From: Patescibacteria group bacterium
GTDB lineage: Bacteria > Patescibacteriota > Microgenomatia > Levybacterales > UBA12049
Assembly: GCA_026004395.1 (NCBI GenBank)
Contig: BPJB01000001.1
Span: forward strand, 82,630-146,629
Direction of reading: 5' to 3'
Length of the DNA stretch: 64,000 nucleotides
Shown here: piece after piece, positions 48,173 through 57,602 of the stretch
Layout: every line of letters begins with the position of its first letter
Position numbering within the stretch: position 1 is the first letter of the stretch
The notes under the pieces: model-generated
Seen by the model: the letters and a program-made list of their open reading frames with translations, nothing else
The model's database searches: none
What the model was told of the DNA's origin: nothing
Made by a program: the position numbers and the translations under genes

Positions 48173-48775
48173 ATGGCACGATATACAGGACCTAAACATA
48201 AATTAGCAAGAAGAGAAGGAGTCAATATACTTGATAAGACTTCAGCAAGTCTTGCACGTCGTTTAAATATTCCTCCAGGAGTTCATGGAAGGAAAGGAAG
48301 AAAACGTCTATCTGAGTTTGGTTCTCAGCTTAGGGAAAAACAAAAAGCCAAGGCAATGTATGGAATACTAGAGAAGCAGTTCAAAAGGTTAGTTACTGAA
48401 CTGGAGAAACAAAAAGGAGATACAGGCGAGTTGTTACTTTCCCTTCTTGAGACACGACTTGACAATATTGTTTATCGGCTTGGGTTTGCAAAAAGTAGAT
48501 ATCAGGCTCGTCAATTTGTTTCACACGGACATATTAAGGTAAACGGCAAAAGATTGACAATTCCATCTTATCGAGTAAAAGTTAATGATATCATTGAGCT
48601 TGATGAGAAAATTCAGAAAAATCCTGATGTAAGCAAGCTTCTTGAAGAAAAACCAAACCTTCTTCCATTTTTGGAGCGTCAAGGTACAACAGGTAAGCTT
48701 ATTCGTATGCCCAAAAGGGAGGATATCGTGGTGCCATTCAATACTCAACAGATTATTGAATATTACTCAAGATAA
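48173..48775 (+). CDS. rpsD: 30S ribosomal protein S4
   Basis: MARYTGPKHKLARREG and an S4 domain. Confidence 0.95.
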   Translation: MARYTGPKHKLARREGVNILDKTSASLARRLNIPPGVHGRKGRKRLSEFGSQLREKQKAKAMYGILEKQFKRLVTELEKQKGDTGELLLSLLETRLDNIVYRLGFAKSRYQARQFVSHGHIKVNGKRLTIPSYRVKVNDIIELDEKIQKNPDVSKLLEEKPNLLPFLERQGTTGKLIRMPKREDIVVPFNTQQIIEYYSR

Positions 48776-48811
48776 TGATACAATATTTATCATTGCTAAG
48801 TAAAAATTAAT

Positions 48812-49732
48812 ATGGAGATTATGCAATTTACAGTAAAGGAAATACTCAATACCCCTCTTTATGGTGAATTTGTTATTGAGCCGCTCGAGTCGGGTTATGG
48901 GTATACCATGGGGAACGCTCTTAGACGAGTTCTTTATACTTCCATTCCTGGAGCAGCAGTTACTGCTGTTAAGATCTCTGGCGTAAAACATAAATTTTCA
49001 ACAATTGCAGGATTGAAAGAAAACGTCATTGATCTTCTTTTAAATATAAAAGAACTCAATCTTCGTTTAGCAGATGGTAAAGATTCTGCAGTAATAAAAC
49101 TCTTGGTAAAAGGACCAAAACAAATTACAGCAGGAGATCTTGACGCAACTGATGGTGTTGAAGTTATTAATAAAGATCAATATCTGGGTTCTCTATCAGG
49201 TAAGGACTCAAAACTTGAGATGGAACTTACTGTTGAAAGAGGACTCGGATATTCTCTTGCCGAAGAAAGAAAATCAACATCTGTTGGAGTAATCCAAACA
49301 GATGCAATTTTCTCACCAATTCGCCGTGTAACCTACTCAGTAGAATCTACTCGAGTTGGACGACGAACAGATCTTGATAAATTAACTATTAAAATCTGGA
49401 CTAACGGGACAGTTGATCCAAAAGAAGCTCTTGAGAGAGCAGCGAAAATTCTTGCTACATCATTCATGCAAATTTATGAACCACAGATTCAAACAGCTGT
49501 TGAAGAATCTACGGCTCCATCTAAATCTCTTACTGCAGGTGCAATGACTATTGATGAACTAGATCTTCCTACACGAATTTATAATTCACTGCGCAATGGG
49601 GGCATTGAGACAGTTGAGCAGCTTTTAAATACTCCGAGAAAAGAGTTAATTTCCATGAGAAATATGGGAAGCAAATCCATTTCAGTGATTGAAGAAAAGT
49701 TAAAAGAAAAAGGATTTTCTTTTACTTTATAA
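48812..49732 (+). CDS. rpoA: DNA-directed RNA polymerase alpha subunit
   Basis: N-terminal domain GYGYTMGNALRRVL. C-terminal domain with MRNMGSKSISVIEEKL. Confidence 0.95.
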   Translation: MEIMQFTVKEILNTPLYGEFVIEPLESGYGYTMGNALRRVLYTSIPGAAVTAVKISGVKHKFSTIAGLKENVIDLLLNIKELNLRLADGKDSAVIKLLVKGPKQITAGDLDATDGVEVINKDQYLGSLSGKDSKLEMELTVERGLGYSLAEERKSTSVGVIQTDAIFSPIRRVTYSVESTRVGRRTDLDKLTIKIWTNGTVDPKEALERAAKILATSFMQIYEPQIQTAVEESTAPSKSLTAGAMTIDELDLPTRIYNSLRNGGIETVEQLLNTPRKELISMRNMGSKSISVIEEKLKEKGFSFTL

Positions 49733-49740
49733 GCTAATCT

Positions 49741-49807
49741 CAAATCTTAAATCTCAAATGTCAATTCTGCATCTGTAAATCCCATTTATAATTCGATTTA
49801 AGATTTG
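49741..49807 (+). promoter_or_regulatory. perfect 13-nt inverted repeat (CAAATCTTAAATC / GATTTAAGATTTG) in the rpoA-rplQ spacer
   Basis: Arms at 49741-49753 and 49795-49807 with a 41-nt loop. Followed by a T8 tract at ~49834-49841. Confidence 0.35.
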
Positions 49808-49850
49808 CATGTAGATTGGCTTTAAGGTTTGAGTTTTTTTTGTATTTTTT

Positions 49851-50378
49851 ATGAGAAAAAGAGTTTTTGGTAGACAATTAAAACGAGACACCAATGAAAG
49901 GAAGGCTCTCTTTAGAGGGCTTGCAACTTCTTTAGTGCTTCATGAAAGTATAAAAACTACAGAGGAGAAAGCAAAGGCTGTCAAAAGTTATATAGAAAAG
50001 CTAGTGACAAAAGCCAAGAAAAATAACTCTGTTCATGCAGAAAAATTACTTCAACAACACCTGCCTTCAACAGCTATAAAAAAACTTATTAACGAGATTG
50101 CTCCACGCTTTAAGACAAGATCGGGTGGATATACCCGCATCATTAAAATAGGACAGCGTTTATCAGATAATGCTCCAATGGTGATTCTGGAATGGGTTGA
50201 GAAAAAAGGTGTTGTCAAAAAAGATGAAGAGAAAACGGATCAAAAAGAACAATCTGATAAAAATAAGACCAAGACACAAGCTGAGAAGATAACTAAAACA
50301 ACAAAAAAAGAAACGACAGAGCCAAAGAATGTAAAATCTAAGAAATCTACTACAAGAAAGGAAAAAGATCAAAAATGA
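49851..50378 (+). CDS. rplQ: 50S ribosomal protein L17 with Lys/Glu-rich C-terminal extension
   Basis: N-terminus RKALFRGLATSLVLHESIKTTEEKAKAV matches L17. About 55-aa KKDEEKTDQKEQSDKNKTK... tail. Confidence 0.93.
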   Translation: MRKRVFGRQLKRDTNERKALFRGLATSLVLHESIKTTEEKAKAVKSYIEKLVTKAKKNNSVHAEKLLQQHLPSTAIKKLINEIAPRFKTRSGGYTRIIKIGQRLSDNAPMVILEWVEKKGVVKKDEEKTDQKEQSDKNKTKTQAEKITKTTKKETTEPKNVKSKKSTTRKEKDQK

Positions 50379-50806
50379 AAACTCAAACAGCACCTACAAA
50401 AAAACAGGATATTCAACGAGCTTGGCATCTTATTGATGTAAAAGAAAAAATATTAGGTCGAGTTGCCACAGAAATTGCAGAGCTTCTGATGGGTAAATCA
50501 AAACCCTATTTTGTTAGAAATCTAGATTGTGGAGATTACGTTGTGGTTATTAACGCTAAGGATATTAAGGTGACGGGTAATAAAGAAGAGAAAAAAGTTT
50601 ATTATCGACATTCAGGATATCCAGGTGGATTTAAAGCTGAGACACTAAAGGAGCTGAAAGCAAGAAAACCAGAGGAGGTCTTAAGACGCGCTGTCAAAGG
50701 TATGTTGCCTCAGAATAAGCTTCGTGATAAAATGCTCAAGCGTTTATTTATTTTTGCAGGAGAGGAACATCGATTTCAAGATAAATTTGTAAAAAAGGAA
50801 GAATAA
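50375..50806 (+). CDS. rplM: 50S ribosomal protein L13
   Basis: WHLIDVKEKILGRVATEIA matches L13. Confidence 0.93.
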   Translation: MKTQTAPTKKQDIQRAWHLIDVKEKILGRVATEIAELLMGKSKPYFVRNLDCGDYVVVINAKDIKVTGNKEEKKVYYRHSGYPGGFKAETLKELKARKPEEVLRRAVKGMLPQNKLRDKMLKRLFIFAGEEHRFQDKFVKKEE

Positions 50807-50807
50807 T

Positions 50808-51284
50808 ATGGCCGAAGAGAAAGCAGAGACAACAAAAAAGAACACTACCAAAAAAGATTTTATCTTCGCAGTTGGAAGACGAAAAGAAGCAGTGGCACGA
50901 GTTAGACTTTATGAAAATCTTCGGGATGGAATTAATTGGAATGGAGTTGAGGTTAAGAAAGGAGAGATTATTGTTAATGGCAAACCTATTGCAGAGTACT
51001 TTCCGGGTGAAGTTAATAGATTTCGCTATACAGAGCCAATCAGAGTTGTTAATGCTCAGAATAAATATACTTATACTATAAAAGTTGAGGGTGGAGGTAA
51101 GTCTGGACAGCTAGATGCCGTTATCGCAGGTATAGCCAATGCTCTAGCAAAAGCTGACGAGGAACATTACAGACCTATTTTGAAAGAAAAAGGCTTTTTG
51201 ACCAGAGATGCTCGAGTGCGTGAAAGACGCAAGGTGGGTACTGGTGGAAAAGCTCGACGCAAGAAACAATCTCCAAAGCGATAA
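50808..51284 (+). CDS. rpsI: 30S ribosomal protein S9 (N-terminal extension)
   Basis: GRRKEAVARVRL...GGGKSGQLDAVIAGIANAL...RKKQSPKR matches S9. Confidence 0.95.
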   Translation: MAEEKAETTKKNTTKKDFIFAVGRRKEAVARVRLYENLRDGINWNGVEVKKGEIIVNGKPIAEYFPGEVNRFRYTEPIRVVNAQNKYTYTIKVEGGGKSGQLDAVIAGIANALAKADEEHYRPILKEKGFLTRDARVRERRKVGTGGKARRKKQSPKR

Positions 51285-51319
51285 TCACTTCAGCTATTTA
51301 ACTTTTTACAAATTAAACT

Positions 51320-52474
51320 CTAAATTTTAGATGAAGAAACTTTTTGTTGTTGTGTTGATAAATAAGACGTTAACTCAATTGCAATGCTACCCAGTGTTAG
51401 GAGGAAGAGAATAAATCCAGCTAGCCATCCAAAAACTGGAATAAGTCCCAGTATAAAAAGAACTATTACACCAACAATTGCTGCTCTCCAATCTAGAATA
51501 TAATCTTTTTTATTGCGTGAGTACCACCATGAAAGAGTTTTCCAGCCGACATACACCTTTGTCAGGCCAAGACTAAGTAGAATTAGAAGTATATAGATCA
51601 CAAATGAAGTTGCTCCCAGCCAAAGAATAATCAGAAAAATAAAACTTGCAATTGGCATAAGAAGAAGATTTACAAATCCAAGCGCAATATTTTTTAGAGG
51701 TGAGGTGTCTGCTCTATGAAGAACATTTTTTGTAAAAAGAGGCAAGAGTAAGATAAATAAAAGAGCAAAAAGAATATCTGCAATAAGTTTATAGATGAAT
51801 CCTGTAGATATTAAAGCACGAATGCCGCTTTTTTCTCCATCTCTTAACTTGGTGAACTGTGTTTTACCTTGAATTCTAGCCTGAACATCAATCTTTGCTT
51901 TTTCTGAAGAACTGTAAATTAAATCTCCTCCTATAGAAGCGAATGGTCCAAGTGTTAGAGATCCAACTGTGCCACTTACATTACCTCCAACTCTATTGTT
52001 AATAATCACGCCTCCTCCATTGATATGTGCATCACCATTTACTGTTCCTTGAAGTGATAGTTTTCCACCAATAAAGATAAGATCTCCTTTAATGGATGCA
52101 TTTTTCGTGATCTTTACCGATCCGCCAACAACAACTACGTCATTTTCTACTGGTGCATCAATAGTAATATCCCCACCTACAATACGAATAGAATCGCCTA
52201 CTTTTTCAGATACTGTAATATTTCCTCCCGCAGCCAGAATGTCTCCTGTAACTGGACTGTTAATAGTAATATCTGCTCCAGCTGTTGTTAAGTCGTTGGT
52301 GATAGGAGCATTAATATCCACCGATCCTCCAAAAACATAGGCATTCTTCATTGGTCGTACAACAACTACAGAATCATCTCCTGTTTTAATTTCGGCTGCA
52401 TTGATTGTTGTGGCGAAGGCAAATGATAGGAGGGTAATTGTAAGAGAGAAAAAGAAGAAGGTTAATTTTTTCAT
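51320..52474 (-). CDS. secreted beta-helical repeat protein (bactofilin/DUF4097-like repeats) with C-terminal 4-5 TM membrane domain
   Basis: Signal peptide (MKKLTFFFFSLTITLLSFAFA, ATG at 52474; the track start at 52516 is a TTG). About 200 aa of G-x-V/I repeats (GDITIDAPVENDVVVVGGSVKI, GDLIFIGGKLSLQG...), then multiple TM helices. Confidence 0.35.
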   Translation of the reverse strand: MKKLTFFFFSLTITLLSFAFATTINAAEIKTGDDSVVVVRPMKNAYVFGGSVDINAPITNDLTTAGADITINSPVTGDILAAGGNITVSEKVGDSIRIVGGDITIDAPVENDVVVVGGSVKITKNASIKGDLIFIGGKLSLQGTVNGDAHINGGGVIINNRVGGNVSGTVGSLTLGPFASIGGDLIYSSSEKAKIDVQARIQGKTQFTKLRDGEKSGIRALISTGFIYKLIADILFALLFILLLPLFTKNVLHRADTSPLKNIALGFVNLLLMPIASFIFLIILWLGATSFVIYILLILLSLGLTKVYVGWKTLSWWYSRNKKDYILDWRAAIVGVIVLFILGLIPVFGWLAGFILFLLTLGSIAIELTSYLSTQQQKVSSSKI

Positions 52475-52539
52475 ACAGATTGTTTTAAGAATACTATATT
52501 TGAATTCTTCAATCAATACTCTGATATAGAAAGTATAAT

Positions 52540-53595
52540 CTATTTTTTACGTAAAATAGTTGAATCTAAGAAATCTGAAAGTGATTGTTGGTAGAGAGGA
52601 GATATTGGAAGTTTTTTTATTCTTCTAATCGCTTTTTGTCTATATGATTTGATAAGATTCTGAACATCTTCTGTTACGTTGTATTTCTCTAATAAAAGTT
52701 GATAGGTTTTCATATCATTGTGAGTAATATGTTTTTTGCGTTGGAGATTTAATACGTAGGTTTTATCTTCAGCAGATGCTTTAGACATAAGTCTTACATA
52801 ATGAAATGTTTTTTTATTTTCTCTGAGATCAGATCCAATTGGTTTTCCAAGTTCTTCCTCTGTTGCGTAAATACCAAGCTCATCATCTTTAATCTGGAAT
52901 ATTATACCCATGTACTCTCCAAGAAGTTGAAGATCTTTAATGGTTTTAGATCTAGCCTCCGCAAGAAGAGCTCCTATAATAAAAGGAAGTGAGAATGTAT
53001 ACCTAGCAGTTTTGTAAGTATAAAGTGCAATAATATCGCTATCTTTGGGAAGATGATTTTGTGTACTTAGGGCTACATCCTGCATCTGCATGAGTCCGAC
53101 CTTAATAAATTCATCGCAAAGTAATTTTTGAATATGTTGTTTGGTCTTTGCAGGAAGCGATGTTTGGGATAGAATAGCAAAAGCAAGAAAAAAACACACA
53201 TCTCCTACACAAATCGCAAGAGATTTTCCAACGTGAAGCTTATGTTTACCAGAAAACGTTTCAGCGTAGGACACATGTAACGTTTTCTCTCCGCGCCTAA
53301 GCGTGTCATTATCCATGATATCATCATGAATAAGAAGAGCTGAGTGGATAAGTTCTATAACACAAGCAATACGTATATGATCTTCTGCTATATTTTTTTT
53401 AAATAATTGAAGAGTACTGAGAATAAGACCACCCCTTATCATTTTGCCTTTTAAAAGAAATATCTCAAGTCTATTAAAGACATCATCACCATAGGGTTTA
53501 AGCATAGTAAAAGTCTGCTTTTTCTTTTTAAGATAGGCAGCAAGAACTTCTGATATGTGATCTTTATGTTGTATAAGGTTGCTTTCTAGATCCAT
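52540..53595 (-). CDS. trans-polyprenyl diphosphate synthase (IspA/GGPPS family)
   Basis: LIHDDIMDNDTLRRG (first Asp-rich motif) and IKDDELGIY (second Asp-rich motif). Start chosen at MDLESN to avoid overlap with the divergent gene (ORF track gives 53658). Confidence 0.8.
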   Translation of the reverse strand: MDLESNLIQHKDHISEVLAAYLKKKKQTFTMLKPYGDDVFNRLEIFLLKGKMIRGGLILSTLQLFKKNIAEDHIRIACVIELIHSALLIHDDIMDNDTLRRGEKTLHVSYAETFSGKHKLHVGKSLAICVGDVCFFLAFAILSQTSLPAKTKQHIQKLLCDEFIKVGLMQMQDVALSTQNHLPKDSDIIALYTYKTARYTFSLPFIIGALLAEARSKTIKDLQLLGEYMGIIFQIKDDELGIYATEEELGKPIGSDLRENKKTFHYVRLMSKASAEDKTYVLNLQRKKHITHNDMKTYQLLLEKYNVTEDVQNLIKSYRQKAIRRIKKLPISPLYQQSLSDFLDSTILRKK

Positions 53596-53604
53596 AATCG
53601 AATA

Positions 53605-54699
53605 TTGGAGTATAATTATACCTCTTTTTTTAAAAGTATGAGTGAATCTTTTATACAATCTCTTAGAGATATTTGTACACGAGCGATTGCTAGAAGAATT
53701 TTTCCCGGTTGTGCGATAGGAATTGTTATGCAGGGTGAAACAAATTTTTTTTCATTTGGCAATCTTACCTATGCACAGAAAGCACCATTAGTGACTGAGA
53801 AGACTGTATATGATATTGCATCTATTACAAAAGTTATTCCAACATCACTTTTAGCACTCAAGCTGCTTGAAGAAGGTAAAATAACCTTAGAAACAAAAGT
53901 GCAAAACATTCTTCCTGAAATAAAAAACAACTATCAGGATAAGATTACTCTACATCATCTTCTTACACAAACTCTTGATTTTAATTTGAGACTTTCCACA
54001 TTAAAAAATTTGTCTCCTCAAGAGTTATTATCAAAAATATTTCATGCTCAGCTTCGTTTCCCACCGGGAGAAAGTTATGCGTATAACAACACAACAAGTA
54101 TTCTTCTAGGTCTTGTAATAGAGAGAGTTACGCAAAAAAATCTTGATGTGTTAGCTTATGAGATGCTTTTTCAACCGCTTGAGATGAAGAGAACAACGTT
54201 TAACACTTCTTCATTTTTTCCTGAGCAGGTTGCACCCTCAGAGATTGATAGCTGGAGAGGAGGGGAAATTAGAGGAGAGGTTCACGATGAAAGTGCATAT
54301 GTCTTAAGCAAGATAATAACACCGGGTTCTGCTGGACTTTTTTCAACAGCTGAAGATTTAACAAATCTGCTTCTAATGTTAACTACTCAGGGAATATATA
54401 GATCCAAACAAATTTTTACAGACGAAACTATACAACTTATGCAGATAAATCAATCGAGCACCCAAGATAAAACTATTGGATTGGGTTGGGAATTATGTGC
54501 TTCTTGGATGGGAACAAGAATACCTAAGGCAACTATTGGGAAAACAGGTTTTACAGGATGTAGTATTCTTTGTAATATTCCTCTTGGATTGGGAATGGTT
54601 TTTTTATGCAATCATACTTATCCTTATCGTCGTCGGAAAAAAGAAGAAATTCTATCTTTCAGGAAAGAACTTGGTAACCTTCTCTTTTCAGAAATTTAG
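53605..54699 (+). CDS. serine hydrolase, beta-lactamase class C/PBP4-like family
   Basis: SITK (SxxK) active-site motif near the N-terminus, a later YAYNN (YxN-like) motif and a GKTGFTG (KTG-like) motif. Confidence 0.7.
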   Translation: MEYNYTSFFKSMSESFIQSLRDICTRAIARRIFPGCAIGIVMQGETNFFSFGNLTYAQKAPLVTEKTVYDIASITKVIPTSLLALKLLEEGKITLETKVQNILPEIKNNYQDKITLHHLLTQTLDFNLRLSTLKNLSPQELLSKIFHAQLRFPPGESYAYNNTTSILLGLVIERVTQKNLDVLAYEMLFQPLEMKRTTFNTSSFFPEQVAPSEIDSWRGGEIRGEVHDESAYVLSKIITPGSAGLFSTAEDLTNLLLMLTTQGIYRSKQIFTDETIQLMQINQSSTQDKTIGLGWELCASWMGTRIPKATIGKTGFTGCSILCNIPLGLGMVFLCNHTYPYRRRKKEEILSFRKELGNLLFSEI

Positions 54700-54731
54700 A
54701 AAAAAATATCAAGAAAAAATTATTTCTTACT

Positions 54732-55178
54732 TTAACTTCCAATATTGCTTTTGTTTTCTTCGGATAACAAGTTAAGGCCAGTTTGAGGATCATATGCTCT
54801 ATAAAGTGCTTGCTTATTTACATTTATAACCACTTCTCCGGTTGCAGAGATGACAAGTTTTTTTATATGTCCTCCAAGGGTGGAATAATCTTTACGTGCA
54901 AAAACTCCATGTAAATGAAGGACAACTTTATCCTGCATCCAGGCACTATTTCCATTAAGACTGACAATTTCAAGCTCTTCTTTAAATGTTTTATCTAGAT
55001 ACTGTTTTTTCGTTAAGTCATAAAAGGAGAGAATAATTTCATTAGCTGCACCAATAGCAGTAAATGTAGAAGATGGGATACGTTTTGAAGCAATATATGC
55101 TTGAAGTTCAGAAACAAGATTTTCTCCCGAAGTACATCTTAAAATCACATAGTTTTGCTCATTAATAAGTTCTATCAT
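54732..55178 (-). CDS. PPC/DUF296-domain protein (predicted DNA-binding, PD1-like)
   Basis: About 148 aa with the PPC pattern IVSLNGNSAW...VVLHLHGVFA...GGHIKKLVISATGEVVI. Confidence 0.5.
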   Translation of the reverse strand: MIELINEQNYVILRCTSGENLVSELQAYIASKRIPSSTFTAIGAANEIILSFYDLTKKQYLDKTFKEELEIVSLNGNSAWMQDKVVLHLHGVFARKDYSTLGGHIKKLVISATGEVVINVNKQALYRAYDPQTGLNLLSEENKSNIGS

Positions 55179-55181
55179 TGA

Positions 55182-55958
55182 TTAAAAACGTTTTTTTACT
55201 GCTTTGGAGTTTCTATTAACCCACCAGTCATCTTCTTTGTTTGAAAACCACCACTCATCAGATTCTGTTGCAAGTATTTCTTCCGCAAGTTTTTTTGCTA
55301 CATCTGTTTTGAGTCGTTTTATCGATGATGGAATCCATGTTTTTGCTCTCGTATTGCCGATATCTACATGTTCTTTGAGGGAGAGAATCCATTCTATAGT
55401 ATCTGCATCTTTTGCTAATAGTGCTTCTTTTGTTTTTCGTTCTTTATGTTCCTGTAAAAGCGAAAGAATGTCCTCTCCGAAGGGAACTGTCTTGGCAAGA
55501 TCGTGAATTGCTCTTTCTTCGTCTGAAACAGTATATTTTTGATGGACATAGTTAAGATCACTGGTTCGTGCTTCTGCCAGATCATGAAAAAGGCACATTT
55601 TTAGCACTTTGGCAGTGTCCACATTTTTTTCCATTGTTGATAAAACATATCCTACATATACGACTCTATTAATATGCTCTGCAACTGATTGTTCTCCACT
55701 TCCGAGAAAATGAAATCCTGAGCGAGGCGTCTTAGAGAGAATGCCGACTTCAAAAAGGAAATTAACAATATTTTTTAAATTCTTCTTCACGAATGTATTG
55801 TAGTGATAAGGTATTGTATAGTCAATCAGCAGCTGGTGTATAAAAGTCGTGTGAGACTCTGCTTGCGTGTACTGGCTGGAAGGATTCAGGATGATATTGG
55901 CGTGGCCTTTGAAGATGAACAATATTTGTACCATCTTCATCTCGGAAATGTCTACCAA
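55182..55958 (-). CDS. HD-domain phosphohydrolase, YfbR-like 5'-deoxynucleotidase
   Basis: EHINRVVYVGYVL ... LFHDLAEARTSDL corresponds to the H/HD/D metal ligands of YfbR (HDASEVLTGDL). The 5' end is uncertain because it overlaps the upstream ORF. Confidence 0.75.
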   Translation of the reverse strand: MVDISEMKMVQILFIFKGHANIILNPSSQYTQAESHTTFIHQLLIDYTIPYHYNTFVKKNLKNIVNFLFEVGILSKTPRSGFHFLGSGEQSVAEHINRVVYVGYVLSTMEKNVDTAKVLKMCLFHDLAEARTSDLNYVHQKYTVSDEERAIHDLAKTVPFGEDILSLLQEHKERKTKEALLAKDADTIEWILSLKEHVDIGNTRAKTWIPSSIKRLKTDVAKKLAEEILATESDEWWFSNKEDDWWVNRNSKAVKKRF

Positions 55959-56838
55959 TAAAAACTGTTATTGGAGGTGTTTGTCCATGATTGTGTTCTT
56001 CGATAATAGCACGTATCCCATGGTATTGTCTTAACGTTTGAAGCTCTTTTTGTTCACTGTGTACTCCAAAATCAATTATAACCCCCTGAGAATCAGGCAA
56101 TACTCCAAATATATCTACTTGTCCGCACGTCTTGGCAACTTTTCCATCTTCTCTTGTTATTTCTCGGTTATAAATGACTTGATAATCGTTAAGATAGAGT
56201 TCTCTAAAGCATAAGGGAGGTGATTCATCTTTGATTGATGACGTAGTTTTTGTTTCCTTTTCTAGTAACTCTTGTCTGATCCAATACCATGCTGCCATAA
56301 AAAACAGTTCTTGTTCTTCATGCAATATTTCATACATAACTGGATGAGTTGTATAGTGAGGGTTTTCATCAAGAAATTCTTCTATTTTCTTAGGAGATGG
56401 AGGTATGGGTCTTGCTTTTACTTGTCGTCTTGCTAGTACTTCGCGTGCTCCATTCAGAGAATAAGGTTTTTCAAGAGGTTGTATTTTTTTATCAGGAGGA
56501 ATGATAAACCATTTTCGATCTCCTTTTAGGGTAAAGAGTAAGCCTTCATATTCTTTGGCTATTCCATCATCCAACATTAGTGTGCGTTTTGTTTTTTTAG
56601 GTCTTCTTCTGGGTTTAAATTGTTTGATAGCTTCTTTAACAGGTGGGATTTTTTCTGGTTTTCTATTGATGAATGAAGGGAGTGTAGATGATATACGTTT
56701 TGCTCCTATAGGTAAGGGAGGATTTTGTAAATATTTTTCTTGGTGATGAAGAAAAAGTAAAGAATCAGGAAGAGTAGATGAAGATTTTTCAACATTCAGA
56801 TATGCTCTGACCGGAATATTTTCAATAGCCGGGGGCAT
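55822..56838 (-). CDS. hypothetical protein with Pro/Lys-rich N-terminal half and possible nuclease-like C-terminal core
   Basis: 338-aa ORF. GQVDIFGVLPDSQGVIIDFGVHSEQKE weakly resembles a PD-(D/E)xK-like strand-Asp pattern. Last ~40 codons overlap the HD gene in another frame. Confidence 0.3.
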   Translation of the reverse strand: MPPAIENIPVRAYLNVEKSSSTLPDSLLFLHHQEKYLQNPPLPIGAKRISSTLPSFINRKPEKIPPVKEAIKQFKPRRRPKKTKRTLMLDDGIAKEYEGLLFTLKGDRKWFIIPPDKKIQPLEKPYSLNGAREVLARRQVKARPIPPSPKKIEEFLDENPHYTTHPVMYEILHEEQELFFMAAWYWIRQELLEKETKTTSSIKDESPPLCFRELYLNDYQVIYNREITREDGKVAKTCGQVDIFGVLPDSQGVIIDFGVHSEQKELQTLRQYHGIRAIIEEHNHGQTPPITVFIGRHFRDEDGTNIVHLQRPRQYHPESFQPVHASRVSHDFYTPAAD

Positions 56839-56902
56839 AAATCTATGCTATTAAAATTCCTAATTTTTGAAAAGATGACTATCTATATCAAAATAGAAGA
56901 GG

Positions 56903-57469
56903 TTAATTTTCGTCGGTAATCAATTCTTTGGCAAAAAGATATCCCCACATAATGACTGCAGGAAGAAGGCTATCAAACTTCTCAGAGTTAAATTCTTTCC
57001 CTTTAAGAGTAAATCTTTTAATGTATTGATCACTATGTAAGTTAGTAATAATAAGATCAAGTACTTGACTTATAGGAGGTTGGACTTTAATTCCTTCGGT
57101 GAGAGCTCGGCTGACTCTGTTTCTTGCAAGTCTAATGGTTTGCTCATCAGTTACAACCCGATAGGGTGTATATTGTTTAGAGATAGATCTTTCTTTAAGG
57201 TATATTTGTACACCGCATGCCATAGCCAGATAAAGAAGACCACACAGACGAGTACGTTTAACCTCCTCAGTTGATGGAATAGGAGTATAGAGGAGTTGCG
57301 CAAAGATAAAAGATGCTTTTCGACAATGTTCCAGTAAAGATTCCGGAAGATAGAACTTAGAAAGAACGCTATCATTAGTGTACTGATCCATGGAATAAAC
57401 AATTTCTTCCCAGATTCTAAGACCTATTGGATCAATTGCTTGTTCCTCTGTATTGGGCAGGCGCTTCAT
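56903..57469 (-). CDS. hypothetical protein
   Basis: 188-aa ORF, first gene of a 4-gene minus-strand run. No recognisable motifs. Confidence 0.3.
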   Translation of the reverse strand: MKRLPNTEEQAIDPIGLRIWEEIVYSMDQYTNDSVLSKFYLPESLLEHCRKASFIFAQLLYTPIPSTEEVKRTRLCGLLYLAMACGVQIYLKERSISKQYTPYRVVTDEQTIRLARNRVSRALTEGIKVQPPISQVLDLIITNLHSDQYIKRFTLKGKEFNSEKFDSLLPAVIMWGYLFAKELITDEN

Positions 57470-57602
57470 AGAATTTTTTTTACTAATATTAGGATATACT
57501 TAAAATGAGAAAAAATGCAAGCACAACAATGTTTTTTTAACTGATTCCTATGATTAGATCTATTTTTCATATTCAAAAAATAAATGAGGGACATGTTTTC
57601 TT

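Noticed and set aside
52540-53658. Longer polyprenyl-synthase ORF start at 53658 overlapping the divergent serine-hydrolase gene
   Set aside because: Divergent genes overlapping by 54 nt is unlikely. An in-frame ATG at 53595 (MDLESN) gives a protein of the typical length for the family.
54732-57469. Possibility that the HD protein plus two unknown proteins plus the PPC protein form an anti-phage defense system
   Set aside because: The HD domain matches the YfbR 5'-deoxynucleotidase pattern (HDxxE...TGD-like) rather than a nuclease. No ATPase, helicase, nuclease or sensor domains are recognisable in the neighbours, so the evidence is insufficient.
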